64,000 nt of DNA. Source: Bacillota bacterium. Its GTDB lineage: Bacteria; Bacillota; SHA-98; Ch115. The stretch lies in NCBI GenBank assembly GCA_013178415.1, contig JABLXA010000005.1:71369-135368 (forward strand). Reading direction: 5' to 3'. Both the position numbers and the translations under genes were made by a program. This document shows, piece by piece, positions 31,598 to 41,849 of the stretch. The notes beneath the pieces are model-generated. The model was not told the origin of the DNA. It ran no database searches and was given only the letters and a program-made list of their open reading frames with translations. How positions within the stretch are numbered: position 1 is the first letter of the stretch; the number at the start of each line of letters is the position of its first letter.

Positions 31598-32113
31598 TCA
31601 AAACCATCTGGCGACAAAGACCGACATGAGGCCCAGGATCGAATCTCTGGATGAGGAGCCGAGAACCGTCAAAAGGTGGGCGACCAGCGGTCTCTGGTTC
31701 TTTCTCGCCTCGCTGGCAATGGCTGTATTTCCATTTGACGGTGGGGAGATCACGATGTATTCAACCTTATCTGGATCAATCATGCCGAGCCGAGCGCGAG
31801 CCTCTCTTTCGACCCGCTCGAGAGAAGATAATTGAGATGCTAGAAACCTTAAACGCTCATGTTCTGTCCTGACTTCATGGAGCTTTCTCTCCACCTGGGC
31901 AAGACGATACCCTTCCACGATAGTTGCCGCTTCTATGGATAAGAAGGATAGAGCAAGGGCCGCGCATAGCCCAATGGCGACTCCTCGTACGACCATAGGA
32001 TTGAGTCTGATACTGGTTGCGGGCTTTGCCCGTCTTAGACCACCTTCAGTTCGACGAATCGGTTGCTGCACCATATCCAGAGTTCTCAGCTGAGCAGCAT
32101 TAGCCCTACCCAT
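31598..32113 (-). CDS. ftsL: Cell division protein FtsL
   Basis: Basic cytoplasmic tail, TM, coiled coil and L.SLERVE..AR..LGM..P; located between rsmH and the bPBP. Confidence 0.82.
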   Translation of the reverse strand: MGRANAAQLRTLDMVQQPIRRTEGGLRRAKPATSIRLNPMVVRGVAIGLCAALALSFLSIEAATIVEGYRLAQVERKLHEVRTEHERLRFLASQLSSLERVEREARARLGMIDPDKVEYIVISPPSNGNTAIASEARKNQRPLVAHLLTVLGSSSRDSILGLMSVFVARWF

Positions 32114-32115
32114 AA

Positions 32116-33027
32116 TTATTCCTCCTCAAAAGCTGGTAGAACCCTTTCCGCAACCCTTAGCCTGGCGCTGCGAGCCCTGGGGTTCTGGCTTGACTCGTCC
32201 GGACTCGGGGTCACAGGCTTCTTAGTAATGGGAGACAAGAGGGGTTCTGCAAGAAATGCTCTCTTCACGATCCTATCTTCAAGAGAATGATACGAGATCA
32301 CTACAATACGTCCACCCGGGAACAATAGGCCAGGCGCTGATTTCAGAGTCTCCTCCAAAGCCCCGAGTTCGTCATTTACCGCGATTCTGAGAGCCTGGAA
32401 GGTGCGTCTTGCCGGATGAGGACCTCTCCTCCGATATGCCGCCGGGATGGCCGCCTTGATGATGTCTACCAACTGCCCTGTGGTCGAAATCTCATGAAAC
32501 CTGCGCTTCTCCACGATGAACCTCGCTATACGACGCGCAAATCTCTCCTCCCCGTATTTATCTATGATCCTTGCCAGCTCTTCCTCCGGAAGGCTGTTCA
32601 CTAAGTCCCTGGCAGTCACAGACGCCTCTTGATTCATTCGCATGTCCAGAGGTGCGTCAGTGCTGAAAGAAAAGCCTCTATCAGGCTTGTCCACTTGATG
32701 AGATGAGATACCCAGGTCCATCAATATCCCATTTACATATTTGAACCCGAGTTGCTCAAGTATCGAAGGCAGACGCCTGAAATCCCCATGGATGAGCCGC
32801 GCTCTGCCGCCAAACTGAGCCAGGGATTCAGTCGCCGCCTCTATTGCCTCCCTATCTCGATCGATGCCAACCAGAATCGTATCTTCAGGGGTTGCACGAA
32901 GAATCGCCTCTGAATGACCGCCCCCGCCTACCGTGCAATCAACATAGACTTCATTTGCCCCATGCGTCCTCTTGCCGAAGACCAGAAAGTCCAGGACCTC
33001 ATTTGTCATGACCGGGATATGATACAA
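32116..33027 (-). CDS. rsmH: 16S rRNA m4C1402 methyltransferase
   Basis: HIPVM, DCTVGGGGHS, DLGISS, PLDMRM, FQALRIAVNDEL, SYHSLEDR and NPRARSA motifs. Confidence 0.97.
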   Translation of the reverse strand: MYHIPVMTNEVLDFLVFGKRTHGANEVYVDCTVGGGGHSEAILRATPEDTILVGIDRDREAIEAATESLAQFGGRARLIHGDFRRLPSILEQLGFKYVNGILMDLGISSHQVDKPDRGFSFSTDAPLDMRMNQEASVTARDLVNSLPEEELARIIDKYGEERFARRIARFIVEKRRFHEISTTGQLVDIIKAAIPAAYRRRGPHPARRTFQALRIAVNDELGALEETLKSAPGLLFPGGRIVVISYHSLEDRIVKRAFLAEPLLSPITKKPVTPSPDESSQNPRARSARLRVAERVLPAFEEE

Positions 33028-33053
33028 TTGCCTCAGCCACCCTTTATGTCAAA

Positions 33054-33482
33054 TCAACCCGGGCTTACCAGGTGTTCAGCTATCTCCTCGTAGGATGCCT
33101 CAGCACGCTTAGAATACTCATCCCAGATCGGCGCGCTCCAGATTTCTATCCTTGATGAGACTCCAATTATAACCACTTCCCGATCAAGCTTCGCATATTC
33201 TCGCAGGTGTGCCGGGATCATGATCCTGCCCTGCTTGTCCAGCTCACACTCCGAAGCGCCTGCGAAGAACAAACGGCTGTAAGCCCTAGCATCACCCTTT
33301 GACAGCGGAAGCAAGGCCAGCTCCTGGCTCCTCTTTTCCCACTCCTGAATGGGAAATAGGAAGAGACATTGATCGAGGCCTTTGGTGACCACCGAGTGCT
33401 GCCCCAGCTCGTCCCTAAAGCGAGAGGGAATGATGACTCGCCCCTTTTCATCTATGGCATGTTGGTATGATCCTATAAACAC
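33054..33482 (-). CDS. mraZ: Division/cell-wall cluster transcriptional repressor MraZ
   Basis: Two DxxGR motifs (DEKGR, DKQGR). True start is probably GTG 33482; the track's start at 33524 lies inside the operator. Confidence 0.96.
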   Translation of the reverse strand: MFIGSYQHAIDEKGRVIIPSRFRDELGQHSVVTKGLDQCLFLFPIQEWEKRSQELALLPLSKGDARAYSRLFFAGASECELDKQGRIMIPAHLREYAKLDREVVIIGVSSRIEIWSAPIWDEYSKRAEASYEEIAEHLVSPG

Positions 33483-33494
33483 ATTATCGGCCCC

Positions 33495-33524
33495 AATCCA
33501 CCACAATGCCCCACTTTGCTCCAC
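33495..33524 (-). promoter_or_regulatory. MraZ binding repeats
   Basis: Minus strand GTGGAGCAAA-GTGGGGCATT-GTGGTGGATT: three GTGG with exact 10-bp period, immediately upstream of mraZ. Confidence 0.88.
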
Positions 33525-33539
33525 TATGACAATTTTTCT

Positions 33540-33566
33540 CTTCTATAAAGATCCTGCAATTCCTTC
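33540..33566 (-). promoter_or_regulatory. Putative sigmaH-type promoter of the dcw operon
   Basis: Minus strand GAAGGA-N17-GAAG, just upstream of the MraZ repeats. Confidence 0.5.
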
Positions 33567-33642
33567 TTTCTGTGACCAAAGAAATAGAAATAATCGCGAG
33601 GTCCATTCCGGCAGATTGCTCCATGCCGGGCGTACACGACTA

Positions 33643-33667
33643 AGGCAGGAGCCTGGGGCTCCTGCCT
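33643..33667. terminator. 11-bp perfect hairpin downstream of the GNAT gene
   Basis: AGGCAGGAGCC-TGG-GGCTCCTGCCT, with only a weak U-tract. Confidence 0.55.
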
Positions 33668-33728
33668 ATAATCCGAGCAGACCATATTCTACGTAGACCC
33701 ACATGCTGCCGTCGCCATAGTCGCAATC

Positions 33729-34289
33729 TTATTGGCCCACGGCAGCCTGGATGGGGCCTTTTCGCCTTGGACGGCCTGATCTCTGGGATACTCGCCTCTC
33801 TATCGACATGAGATATACGGTCTTTGTGCCAGAATCGAAACTGCGGCTTACAAAACCTTCCTTTGCAAAACCACAGCTTTCGTAACATTTGATGGCTCTT
33901 ATATTATCTCTATAGACCCTAAGGTAGATGCGCTTGAGTCCAAGCTCATTAAACGCAAATGCAACCAGAGCAGACACAGCATCGCGACCATAGCCTTGAT
34001 TCCAGTAATCCTTATTCGCGATCCTGATGATCAACTCGGCCTCCCCAGCCCTCCAGCTGATCTCGGCTAGGCCGATATCCCCAATCATCTGGCCGTCCTT
34101 CGTCCAGACACCAAAAATCTTGCTATTCCGACCATTGATCATTCGCCTATACCATTCATCATGGGTAAAATGCCCTTTCGAATCCCAACCGATCAGACCC
34201 TTTATCTCCTCGTCCTCGTTCCACGCGGTGACTATCTTGATATCTTCCTCGGTGAGGGGGCGTAGCGCCACCTTTGCTCCAGAAATCAA
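33729..34289 (-). CDS. RimJ/RimL-type GNAT N-acetyltransferase
   Basis: VALRPLTEED, IGDIGL, YWNQGYG and N.RAIKCYESCGF..EG. TTG start at 34289 behind GGAGG/AGGTG. Confidence 0.88.
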   Translation of the reverse strand: MISGAKVALRPLTEEDIKIVTAWNEDEEIKGLIGWDSKGHFTHDEWYRRMINGRNSKIFGVWTKDGQMIGDIGLAEISWRAGEAELIIRIANKDYWNQGYGRDAVSALVAFAFNELGLKRIYLRVYRDNIRAIKCYESCGFAKEGFVSRSFDSGTKTVYLMSIERRVSQRSGRPRRKGPIQAAVGQ

Positions 34290-34436
34290 TTCCGTGACAC
34301 CTCTTCCTCCAGAGCAACCCACCTCACATCCCTGGTTAAGACTAATTCGCCAACAGAGCCATATCACCTTTATGTAATTCTATCCGGTTTCGGGAGAAGA
34401 GCCCAACATGATCAACAAGAAATACGCTTGTCAACG

Positions 34437-34697
34437 CTAGCGCGGCTGGACAATGAGCTTTATGGCGGTCCTCTCCTCACCATCGATCTCGACGTCTGTG
34501 AAAGCAGGTATCATGACCAAATCAACACCGCTAGGCGCCACAAATCCCCGGGCAATGGCCACGGCTTTCACGGCCTGATTGAGGGCACCCGCTCCAATCG
34601 CCTGGATTTCCGCGCTACCCCTTTCCCGAACGACACCTGCAAGCGCACCGGCTACCGAATTTGGATTTGACTTCGCTGATACCTTTAGGACATCCAT
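34437..34697 (-). CDS. spoVS: Stage V sporulation protein S
   Basis: LKVSAKSNPNSVAGALA, QAIGAGALNQAVKAVAIARG and PAF...IDGEERTAIK; AAGGAGG SD. Confidence 0.97.
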   Translation of the reverse strand: MDVLKVSAKSNPNSVAGALAGVVRERGSAEIQAIGAGALNQAVKAVAIARGFVAPSGVDLVMIPAFTDVEIDGEERTAIKLIVQPR

Positions 34698-34771
34698 TCT
34701 TCAGCAAGCCTCCTTTATCTATCCGACATTCTCTGGCATGTGTTGCTCCCCGCGTGATCCCGCCGAATCAT

Positions 34772-35557
34772 CTAATCATCCAGAACCTGATTTATCCTGG
34801 TTATATTGATCGCCTGGCCTGTTTCGTCACAGGCATCGATGATGACTCCCCCGAGGACCACCGGCCCCTGCGCCACCTCGAATTTGACAGGGAGCTGGGA
34901 CGTGAATCTTTCGATCACAAGCTCCTTCTTGAACCCGATTATCGAATCCCGAGGCCCCGTCATCCCCACATCTGTTATGTACGCTGTCCCGTTAGCAAGT
35001 ATCCTCTCGTCCGAAGTTTGAATATGGGTGTGGGTACCAATAACGGCCGTGACCTTACCATCGAGAAACCACCCCATCGCTGCTTTCTCAGAAGTGGCCT
35101 CTGCGTGGAAATCCACCACGATCACCCGGCATAGAGGAGAAAGCCTCTCAAGGATTTCCCCTGCGACACGGAAGGGAGAGTCAAGGGGATCCATAAAAGT
35201 TCTTCCGGCCAGGTTGATGATACCTACGTCCCTTCCATCCTGTAGATGGAATACGCAGTCCCCGCGACCGGGAGCCCCAGGTGGATAATTGGCTGGTCGA
35301 AGGACCCTAGGATCTGATTCAAGAAATCCCGTGAACTCCTTCTTCTTCCATACATGATTCCCGGTAGTTAGTATATGAACGCCAGCCTTGAACATTTCCT
35401 CCGCCGTCTCTGCCGTAAGCCCCATTCCTCCTGCCGCATTTTCACCATTTACAGCCACAAAATCTATTTCATGTTCTGTGATGAGTCGCGGCAAGATTTT
35501 CGCAAGGGCTCTCCTGCCTGGCCTGCCTATAACGTCGCCTATAAAAAGAATTCTCAC
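34772..35557 (-). CDS. ymdB: YmdB/TIGR00282 metallophosphoesterase
   Basis: GDVIGRPGR, NGENAAGG, GNH, RPANYP, DFHAEATSEK, GTHTH and TDVGMTG motifs. Confidence 0.95.
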   Translation of the reverse strand: MRILFIGDVIGRPGRRALAKILPRLITEHEIDFVAVNGENAAGGMGLTAETAEEMFKAGVHILTTGNHVWKKKEFTGFLESDPRVLRPANYPPGAPGRGDCVFHLQDGRDVGIINLAGRTFMDPLDSPFRVAGEILERLSPLCRVIVVDFHAEATSEKAAMGWFLDGKVTAVIGTHTHIQTSDERILANGTAYITDVGMTGPRDSIIGFKKELVIERFTSQLPVKFEVAQGPVVLGGVIIDACDETGQAINITRINQVLDD

Positions 35558-35588
35558 TCAACAAAACACCGCCTGCGAAATAAACTCG

Positions 35589-36152
35589 CTACCTGCGTCC
35601 CTGTGCGAGTTTATTGAAGATCACGACCCGCCCTTCCTCTCTAAACCCTATGAGCTTGGCCCCTTCCCTCGATTCTCTCAGATCATCCAACATATTTGCG
35701 ATCATTTCGTCCTGCGCCATCCGTTCCTCTTCCATCAACGCAGCCTCATGGTCTACCACGAGGTTCCTGGCGAGGACTTCATTGGCCAGGTCAATTATCA
35801 GGGAGATCTCATCGTGGGTGAGTGTCATGACGTCCCGTCGTATCGTAATGAGACAGAAATTGCCGGCCTCAGTTTTATCTACTTCAAACTGGGAAGGCTC
35901 TATATCGATGAGAGATTGATAGCTGGAAAGGCTTTCACGAAGCTTCTTCTCAAATGCATCAAGAAGCTCTTTGAACGACCTCTCTTTTTCAGGCTTACCG
36001 GCATGTTTTCTGATTATGAGAGTGAACTTGAGACACCTGCCGCGGGGATCGAATCTCACCGTTGCAATCTCGGGGTAGCGAACCAAAATGGACATGAGCA
36101 AGTTAACACTGGTTTGTGCCCGATCATCTAGTTCATGCCTCGGCCATCCCAT
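35589..36152 (-). CDS. Conserved hypothetical protein
   Basis: 187-aa ORF with an SD that fills the rny-ymdB gap; no recognisable catalytic motif. Confidence 0.75.
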   Translation of the reverse strand: MGWPRHELDDRAQTSVNLLMSILVRYPEIATVRFDPRGRCLKFTLIIRKHAGKPEKERSFKELLDAFEKKLRESLSSYQSLIDIEPSQFEVDKTEAGNFCLITIRRDVMTLTHDEISLIIDLANEVLARNLVVDHEAALMEEERMAQDEMIANMLDDLRESREGAKLIGFREEGRVVIFNKLAQGRR

Positions 36153-36181
36153 TGCTGCATCCCCTTTCTAGCACCCGATGC

Positions 36182-36210
36182 CGCTGGCCGGGGTTTACCC
36201 CCCGCCAGCG
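36182..36210. other. GC-rich hairpin 3' of rny
   Basis: CGCTGGC...GCCAGCG stem with inner GGGG/CCCC pairing and no U-tract; possible stabiliser or processing element. Confidence 0.45.
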
Positions 36211-36225
36211 AGATCAGGCTTCCCA

Positions 36226-37767
36226 TTACTTTGCCCAGTCCACTGCACGTGTTTCTCGTATGACTGTGACCTTGATCTGTCCAGGATATTCTAAATCCTC
36301 CTCCACTTTCTTGACAATATTCTTAGCGAGCCGTATGATGCCGAGGTCATCAACCTTCTCGGGTTTCACGATGATTCTTACTTCTCTACCCGCTTGAATA
36401 GCATACGCCTTTTCGACACCATCAAATGAGTCCGCTATTCTCTCAAGTTTCTCAAGGCGCTTTATATAAGCATCAAGAGTCTCACGCCGCGCTCCCGGCC
36501 TCGCGGCCGAGATAGCATCGGCTGCCTGAACCAAGACCGCTTCAACAGTCCTTGGCTCCTCATCTCCGTGGTGAGCGCAGATAGCATGAATGACCTCGGG
36601 ACTCTCCTTATATTTCCTTGCCAGTTCAGCGCCTATCTGCACATGCGGGCCTTCGACATCATGGTCCACGGCCTTTCCGATATCATGCAGCAACCCTGCC
36701 CTTTTTGCCAGCGCTATATCCGCGCCCAGCTCGGCAGCCATTACCGACGCAAGATTCGCGACCTCCATAGAATGCATGAGCACATTCTGTCCATAACTGG
36801 TCCTGTACCTAAGCCTTCCGAGAAGCTTAATGAGTTCAGGATGGAGGCCGATCACCCCGGTTTCGACCGCGGCCCGTTCACCCTCTTCCTTTATTGTATT
36901 CTCAACTTCCTTCTGGGCCTTTTCCACCATTTCCTCTATCCGTGCCGGGTGGATCCGGCCGTCGCTCACCAGTTTTTCGAGGGCGATACGGGCGACCTCT
37001 CTTCTCACAGGATCAAATCCCGAGAGAATTACAGCTTCAGGGGTGTCGTCGATGATGACATCTATGCCAGTCAATGTCTCCAAGGTCCGGATATTTCTTC
37101 CTTCACGCCCTATGATTCGGCCCTTCATCTCGTCATTCGGTAAGGCCACCACGGATGCAGTAGCCTCAGCCACTTGTTCCGCCGCAGACTTCTGAATGGC
37201 GAGCGAGATCACCTCTCGAGCGCGCTTATCAGCTTCCTCCCTCGCGCTCGCTTCGATCTCCCTGATCATCATGGCAGCCTCATGTCGGACTTCATTCTCT
37301 ATCTCCTTCAACAAGAGCTCTCGGGCCTGCTCAGAGGAAAGTCCGGAGATTCTTTCTAATTCGGCCCTCTGCCTGGCAAGGAGTTCGTCCAGCTCCTGCC
37401 GCGAGCGGTCAAGTTCCTGAGATCTGCGATTGATGCTCTCTTCCTTTTTTTCAATAGCATCCGATTTTCGATCGAGCTGTTCCTCCTTCTGCAGAAGCCG
37501 CCGCTCGATCCTTTGCAGCTCAATTCTTCTATCCCGAATCTCCCGGTCAAGCTCAGCCCTGATCTTGTGACTTTCTTCCTTAGCTTCAAGCGTAGCCTCA
37601 CGGATCCTCGCCTCAGCAGCCCTTTCCGCCTCTTCAACTATCTTCTTGGCGGCCGTCTCTGCTGACGCAATCTTCGCCTCGGCGCTAAGTTTACGTAGAA
37701 AATAACCGATAGCAATACCGGCAATGAACAAAAAAATCATGCCTACGCCGATCCCAATTACATTAAT
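36226..37767 (-). CDS. rny: Ribonuclease Y
   Basis: TM, coiled coil, KH ([12 protein letters not shown]) and HD (LLHDIGK) domains. Start uncertain: ATT 37767 behind GGAGGTG, or ATG 37740. Confidence 0.96.
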   Translation of the reverse strand: MNVIGIGVGMIFLFIAGIAIGYFLRKLSAEAKIASAETAAKKIVEEAERAAEARIREATLEAKEESHKIRAELDREIRDRRIELQRIERRLLQKEEQLDRKSDAIEKKEESINRRSQELDRSRQELDELLARQRAELERISGLSSEQARELLLKEIENEVRHEAAMMIREIEASAREEADKRAREVISLAIQKSAAEQVAEATASVVALPNDEMKGRIIGREGRNIRTLETLTGIDVIIDDTPEAVILSGFDPVRREVARIALEKLVSDGRIHPARIEEMVEKAQKEVENTIKEEGERAAVETGVIGLHPELIKLLGRLRYRTSYGQNVLMHSMEVANLASVMAAELGADIALAKRAGLLHDIGKAVDHDVEGPHVQIGAELARKYKESPEVIHAICAHHGDEEPRTVEAVLVQAADAISAARPGARRETLDAYIKRLEKLERIADSFDGVEKAYAIQAGREVRIIVKPEKVDDLGIIRLAKNIVKKVEEDLEYPGQIKVTVIRETRAVDWAK

Positions 37768-37916
37768 ACTCTCTCCACCTCCAATCCCCTTGAAAGGGCT
37801 CAACATATGCCGATGAAGATGTCCTCTTGAGGATCCATCAATATTCGGCTGAAATCTCTCAAAATCGGCCAGAATCGCCGATTCAAGCCCGCTACTGTCG
37901 AGCCTCAAGGCAGATT

Positions 37917-38453
37917 TTACTTGTTTCCACTATCAGTGTCAAGCAAACTCGAAAAGATCTCATTTGTGACCTTCTCAATGGTCGGAAATTCGAAACCTCG
38001 CCGGGCTAGGCAGGAAATGAGACGCCTTCTCGCGGTTTCAGGATCCAGGCCTCGATATGCCTTGGAGCGTCCAGCAGCTACATGGCGTGCGAGTTCAAAC
38101 TCATCTACCGTGGAAAACACCTCTTCGAGAACCTCATCAACCAGAGACGGTTTGATCCCCTTTTTTATGAGCTCAAATCGAATGAGGGCCCTACCATATC
38201 CTTTCAATTCCACCCTTTCAAGGGCCCAGTCACGAGCAAATTGCATATCATTTAGGTAGCCCAGCTCCTTGAGTCGCGCCAGCACCGATGCCACAACGCT
38301 ATCGGCGAAACCGAGCCTCAAAAGACGATCTTTGAGCTCCTCTTCGGTGCGAGCACGCATGGTAAGGAGTCTAAGCGCCTTTGACATACACTTGGACCTG
38401 GAACGCGCCTCTGCCTCCCCTGAGACCTGTGGCAATACTTCGCCTCCTACCAT
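37917..38453 (-). CDS. recX: Regulatory protein RecX
   Basis: ALRLL..R.RT..EL...L, GYLND..FA, G...I..EL..KGI and L.RRGF motifs; follows recA. Confidence 0.92.
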   Translation of the reverse strand: MVGGEVLPQVSGEAEARSRSKCMSKALRLLTMRARTEEELKDRLLRLGFADSVVASVLARLKELGYLNDMQFARDWALERVELKGYGRALIRFELIKKGIKPSLVDEVLEEVFSTVDEFELARHVAAGRSKAYRGLDPETARRRLISCLARRGFEFPTIEKVTNEIFSSLLDTDSGNK

Positions 38454-38501
38454 TCGATCATCTATGGATAACGTTTCTGCAAAAACCCGCGGAATCCTCT
38501 A

Positions 38502-39557
38502 TCATTCGGCCTTGCCGTCACCTGTCTCCGCATCTTTGCCGCTTTCAGCAGCCGCGGTCGATCCCGGACGGGCGGGAAGGCCAAGGCTCTGCCTTATCCT
38601 GCTCTCGATCTCATCCCTGATCTGTATGTTTTCCTTAAGGAATTGCCTGGCATTCTCACGACCTTGCCCTAGCCTCACATCACCATATGAATACCATGTC
38701 CCGGCTCGCGAGACGACATTGTAAGCTTCCCCAAGGTCGAGTATGTCCCCTTCCTTGGAGATCCCTTCTCCATAAAGTATATCGAATTCCGCTTCCTTGA
38801 ATGGGGGCGCGATTTTATTCTTGACAACTTTGGCCTTGGTCCGGCTCCCTATGGTATCCCCACCCTGCTTCAAGACTTCGACCCTCCGTATTTCGAGCCT
38901 TATAGTGGCATAGAATTTGAGCGCTCGGCCTCCGGGCGTGGTCTCGGGGTTACCGAACATCACCCCGACCTTCTCACGCAATTGGTTTATGAATACAGCC
39001 GATGTCTTGGATTTGGAAATAGCGCCCGTAAGCTTCCTCAAAGCCTGGGACATGAGCCTTGCCTGCAGGCCTACATGTGCGTCCCCCATCTCCCCCTCTA
39101 TCTCAGCCCGGGGCGCCAGTGCCGCCACAGAATCCACCACCACGACATCAACCGAACCGCTCCTCACCAAAGCCTCAGCGATTTCAAGGGCCTGCTCTCC
39201 TGTGTCCGGCTGCGAAATCAGAAGGTTATCTACATCAACCCCAAGTTTGCGAGCATATACCGGATCGAGGGCATGTTCAGCATCGATGAATGCCGCTATC
39301 CCGCCCAATTTCTGGGCCTCCGCTATTATATGAAGCGCCACCGTCGTCTTACCTGAGGATTCGGGTCCGTAAATCTCCACGACTCTTCCTCTGGGAACCC
39401 CTCCGACCCCAAGGGCGATGTCCAGAGCAAGGGACCCTGTAGGGATCACCTCCACGGCCAGTCTCGCGTTGGCCTCCCCTAGACGCATTATGGAACCCTT
39501 GCCAAACTGGCGCTCGATTTGAGAGATCGCCATTTCTAGAGCTTTCTGTTTTTCCAT
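38502..39557 (-). CDS. recA: Recombinase A
   Basis: [34 protein letters not shown] and GGRALKFY motifs. Confidence 0.99.
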   Translation of the reverse strand: MEKQKALEMAISQIERQFGKGSIMRLGEANARLAVEVIPTGSLALDIALGVGGVPRGRVVEIYGPESSGKTTVALHIIAEAQKLGGIAAFIDAEHALDPVYARKLGVDVDNLLISQPDTGEQALEIAEALVRSGSVDVVVVDSVAALAPRAEIEGEMGDAHVGLQARLMSQALRKLTGAISKSKTSAVFINQLREKVGVMFGNPETTPGGRALKFYATIRLEIRRVEVLKQGGDTIGSRTKAKVVKNKIAPPFKEAEFDILYGEGISKEGDILDLGEAYNVVSRAGTWYSYGDVRLGQGRENARQFLKENIQIRDEIESRIRQSLGLPARPGSTAAAESGKDAETGDGKAE

Positions 39558-39653
39558 CAATGTCCACCCGGGTAGGACGCCCTACCTCAAAGCGGCCCTC
39601 CTCCCTTCATTTCCCCATCTATCTCCATTGCATATGAAGATTTATACAGAAAT

Positions 39654-39682
39654 ATTTTACCATAGAACACTTGTTCCCGCAA
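39654..39682 (-). promoter_or_regulatory. recA sigmaA promoter with a LexA (Cheo) box in the spacer
   Basis: Minus strand TTGCGG-N17-TAAAAT (TG-extended -10). GAAC-ACTT-GTTC at 39665-39676 matches the Firmicute SOS box GAAC-N4-GTTC. Confidence 0.9.
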
Positions 39683-39746
39683 TTAAACCCAGATGTCGGA
39701 CGTCGTAAAGCCAAAATAGACGGATATGGGGCCGCCTGGCCCGCCC

Positions 39747-40340
39747 TCACTTGCCTTGTTTTGTAAGCCGAACGCATTCTAGCACTGTATAGACAGGCCC
39801 GCTCCTCTTGAGATCGCTCCGCATGAGGCAGATTTCGGACACCCTGGTGATGCCCACCTCGACGCTGGCAAGGCGTTGAATGGTCTCCGCCAGACCGCGG
39901 AGGCCATGGTCTGACTTTACCCTCCCAAGGGTCAGATGAGGGACAAAGACCTTCCCTTCTTTCGGTATACCATATGATGCCGACATCTCTTCAATCTCGC
40001 GAGCCAATGCCCTCAGTTTTTCCTTACCATTACCTGTACCCAGCCATATGACTCTCGGCCGGCTTACACTGGGGAATGCCCCAAGCCCTGAGATGGCCAG
40101 ATCAAAAGACGAAGCGGACTCGGCGACCCCCATGATCCCTTCCCTGATATTCGCGATAATACCCTCATCGATCTCCCCGAGGAATTTGAGTGTAAAGTGA
40201 AGGTTCTCCGGATCGATCCATTTTACCCCTGCACTGTCGCTCTCGGCCTTCAAAGTATCCTGGATCTCCCTGATCCTCGGCACCAGCGCCTGATCAATGC
40301 CACAAGCAATAAAACTTCGTACGAATCCCAAAGGCATCAT
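39747..40340 (-). CDS. thpR: RNA 2',3'-cyclic phosphodiesterase (2H family)
   Basis: Two HxT motifs (LHFTLKFLG, PHLTLGR), FP....PRVIW and S.L...GP.Y. Start at ATG 40340 behind an SD. Confidence 0.93.
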   Translation of the reverse strand: MMPLGFVRSFIACGIDQALVPRIREIQDTLKAESDSAGVKWIDPENLHFTLKFLGEIDEGIIANIREGIMGVAESASSFDLAISGLGAFPSVSRPRVIWLGTGNGKEKLRALAREIEEMSASYGIPKEGKVFVPHLTLGRVKSDHGLRGLAETIQRLASVEVGITRVSEICLMRSDLKRSGPVYTVLECVRLTKQGK

Positions 40341-40359
40341 CCTTCCTTTATGATATATC

Positions 40360-40386
40360 ATTCGACGTCAGGAAGAATTTCCCTTC
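40360..40386 (-). promoter_or_regulatory. Putative sigmaH promoter upstream of thpR
   Basis: Minus strand GAAGGG-N17-GAAT. Confidence 0.55.
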
Positions 40387-40397
40387 AAACTCATTCA

Positions 40398-41849
40398 TCA
40401 AAAGTGCTTTTCTCTCTGTATATCTCCGGCAATTATCCTGCGTTCCAGGGTAAGCCCTCCTGTCTGCTGGGAGACTGTTATGGTGTCAACGGCTATCAGC
40501 CTCACCTGTTCTGGAGAACTAGAAGAGTCACGGGACCTTGAAAAATGCAGCAGCGCCAGAGTCATAGGAACGCCGCCTGTCTTTTCCAGTCCCCTGATGC
40601 CTGCTCCTCCTGTGGATCCAGCGTCTATGAGTATGCTATTCCTTCTTTCCTGGACTCTGAGTCTATGATCATGGCCATATAGAATCACCGGCGCCCTCCC
40701 GATCAAAGCCTCAGCTTGCCGGGGGTCGTGAACGGCAATAATATCAGGCGCCTTTTGCAGTCGACTCATTATACTCATAGCTTTCTCATTCGAAGCCATG
40801 ATTTCCTCGTCAGTTGAAGCATCCATCGTGACCCTAGAAGCCCCCGGATCGTCTATTCCGAATATAGTGATCCCATTAATGGAAAGAAATCTCCCGCCAG
40901 CCAGGCGTACATTGGGGTGGACCGCCATGGCCTCCAGCACAGAGGGCGAATCATGGTTCCCGCCCACGAAAACATAAGGAACCGAGAGCGCCGAAACCGG
41001 AGACATGAGTCTTGCTTCCAGATATGTCCCATAATCAGTGAAATCGCCAGTATCTACCACAATATCAACCTTGAAACTTTTTACGATTTGATCTAGGAAG
41101 TTCACGGCCTCGGCGTTATTGTGCAGATCCGAAATATGAAGGACCCTTATGAATTTCCCTTCAGCTGTAATCGGCTGCAAAGCCTCGATCTGCCCGAAGA
41201 TCTTGCTGGAATTATCTGCAATGGCCATTATGCTATCTTTTAGTTCTCCTACCTTGCCAACACTTTTATCTAGCACGCCGAGCATCCACGGGGCAGCTTC
41301 TATCACTCCTGTATACCTGGCCTGTTCAAAGGACTTCGCGTCGAAGGTGACATATGTTCCCACCATGAGGGAAACGGCGAATAATATGCCAGCCAGGGAT
41401 CCGCCGATTATCCGGCGCACTCTGGCAGGTCTGATAAAGATATATACAAACGCCGCCCCCCCTAAACCACCAAGCATCAAAACCAAGAGACAGAGCCGGT
41501 AGAGCATGCTAGTCGCAGCTTCCTGTATGATGCTGGAGAAGGCGAGATTCTCGCCGGAAGACATAGCCACAAGTCGACTTATAGCATCCGGATCTATGCC
41601 GTCTAATCGTAGTAAGATAGCCAGGGGGAATTTATGAGTTGGAGCAGTGGCTGACCCCAGAGGGGGCAGGGCTAGAGTAGTGCCAGGGCGACCAATGCCC
41701 ACTCTTATGCTGAAGTTAAGCCCTGCCACCTGGTAGCTGAATTTGCCCCAGATTCCGATGAAGACTGAAGCGCCTATGATGGCTACCAGAATATAGATAA
41801 AAGGCAACAGGTGAACTGGAGGGAACCTCCCATGCGACCTCATTCTCAC
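40398..41849 (-). CDS. Membrane-anchored calcineurin-like metallophosphoesterase
   Basis: About three TM segments, then HISDLH, DTGD, GNHD, VHDP and GHDH metal-binding motifs. Confidence 0.85.
   Translation of the reverse strand: MRMRSHGRFPPVHLLPFIYILVAIIGASVFIGIWGKFSYQVAGLNFSIRVGIGRPGTTLALPPLGSATAPTHKFPLAILLRLDGIDPDAISRLVAMSSGENLAFSSIIQEAATSMLYRLCLLVLMLGGLGGAAFVYIFIRPARVRRIIGGSLAGILFAVSLMVGTYVTFDAKSFEQARYTGVIEAAPWMLGVLDKSVGKVGELKDSIMAIADNSSKIFGQIEALQPITAEGKFIRVLHISDLHNNAEAVNFLDQIVKSFKVDIVVDTGDFTDYGTYLEARLMSPVSALSVPYVFVGGNHDSPSVLEAMAVHPNVRLAGGRFLSINGITIFGIDDPGASRVTMDASTDEEIMASNEKAMSIMSRLQKAPDIIAVHDPRQAEALIGRAPVILYGHDHRLRVQERRNSILIDAGSTGGAGIRGLEKTGGVPMTLALLHFSRSRDSSSSPEQVRLIAVDTITVSQQTGGLTLERRIIAGDIQREKHF

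Noticed and set aside
34728..34754. sigmaH promoter for spoVS
   Set aside because: GAAT is present but the -35 (GCGGGG/CGCGGG) is a poor match at the right spacing. Expected by analogy with B. subtilis but not supported well enough.
37768..37908. Long N-terminal extension of RNase Y in the ORF track
   Set aside because: It would place about 47 residues before the TM anchor. The strong SD lies downstream at 37776-37782.
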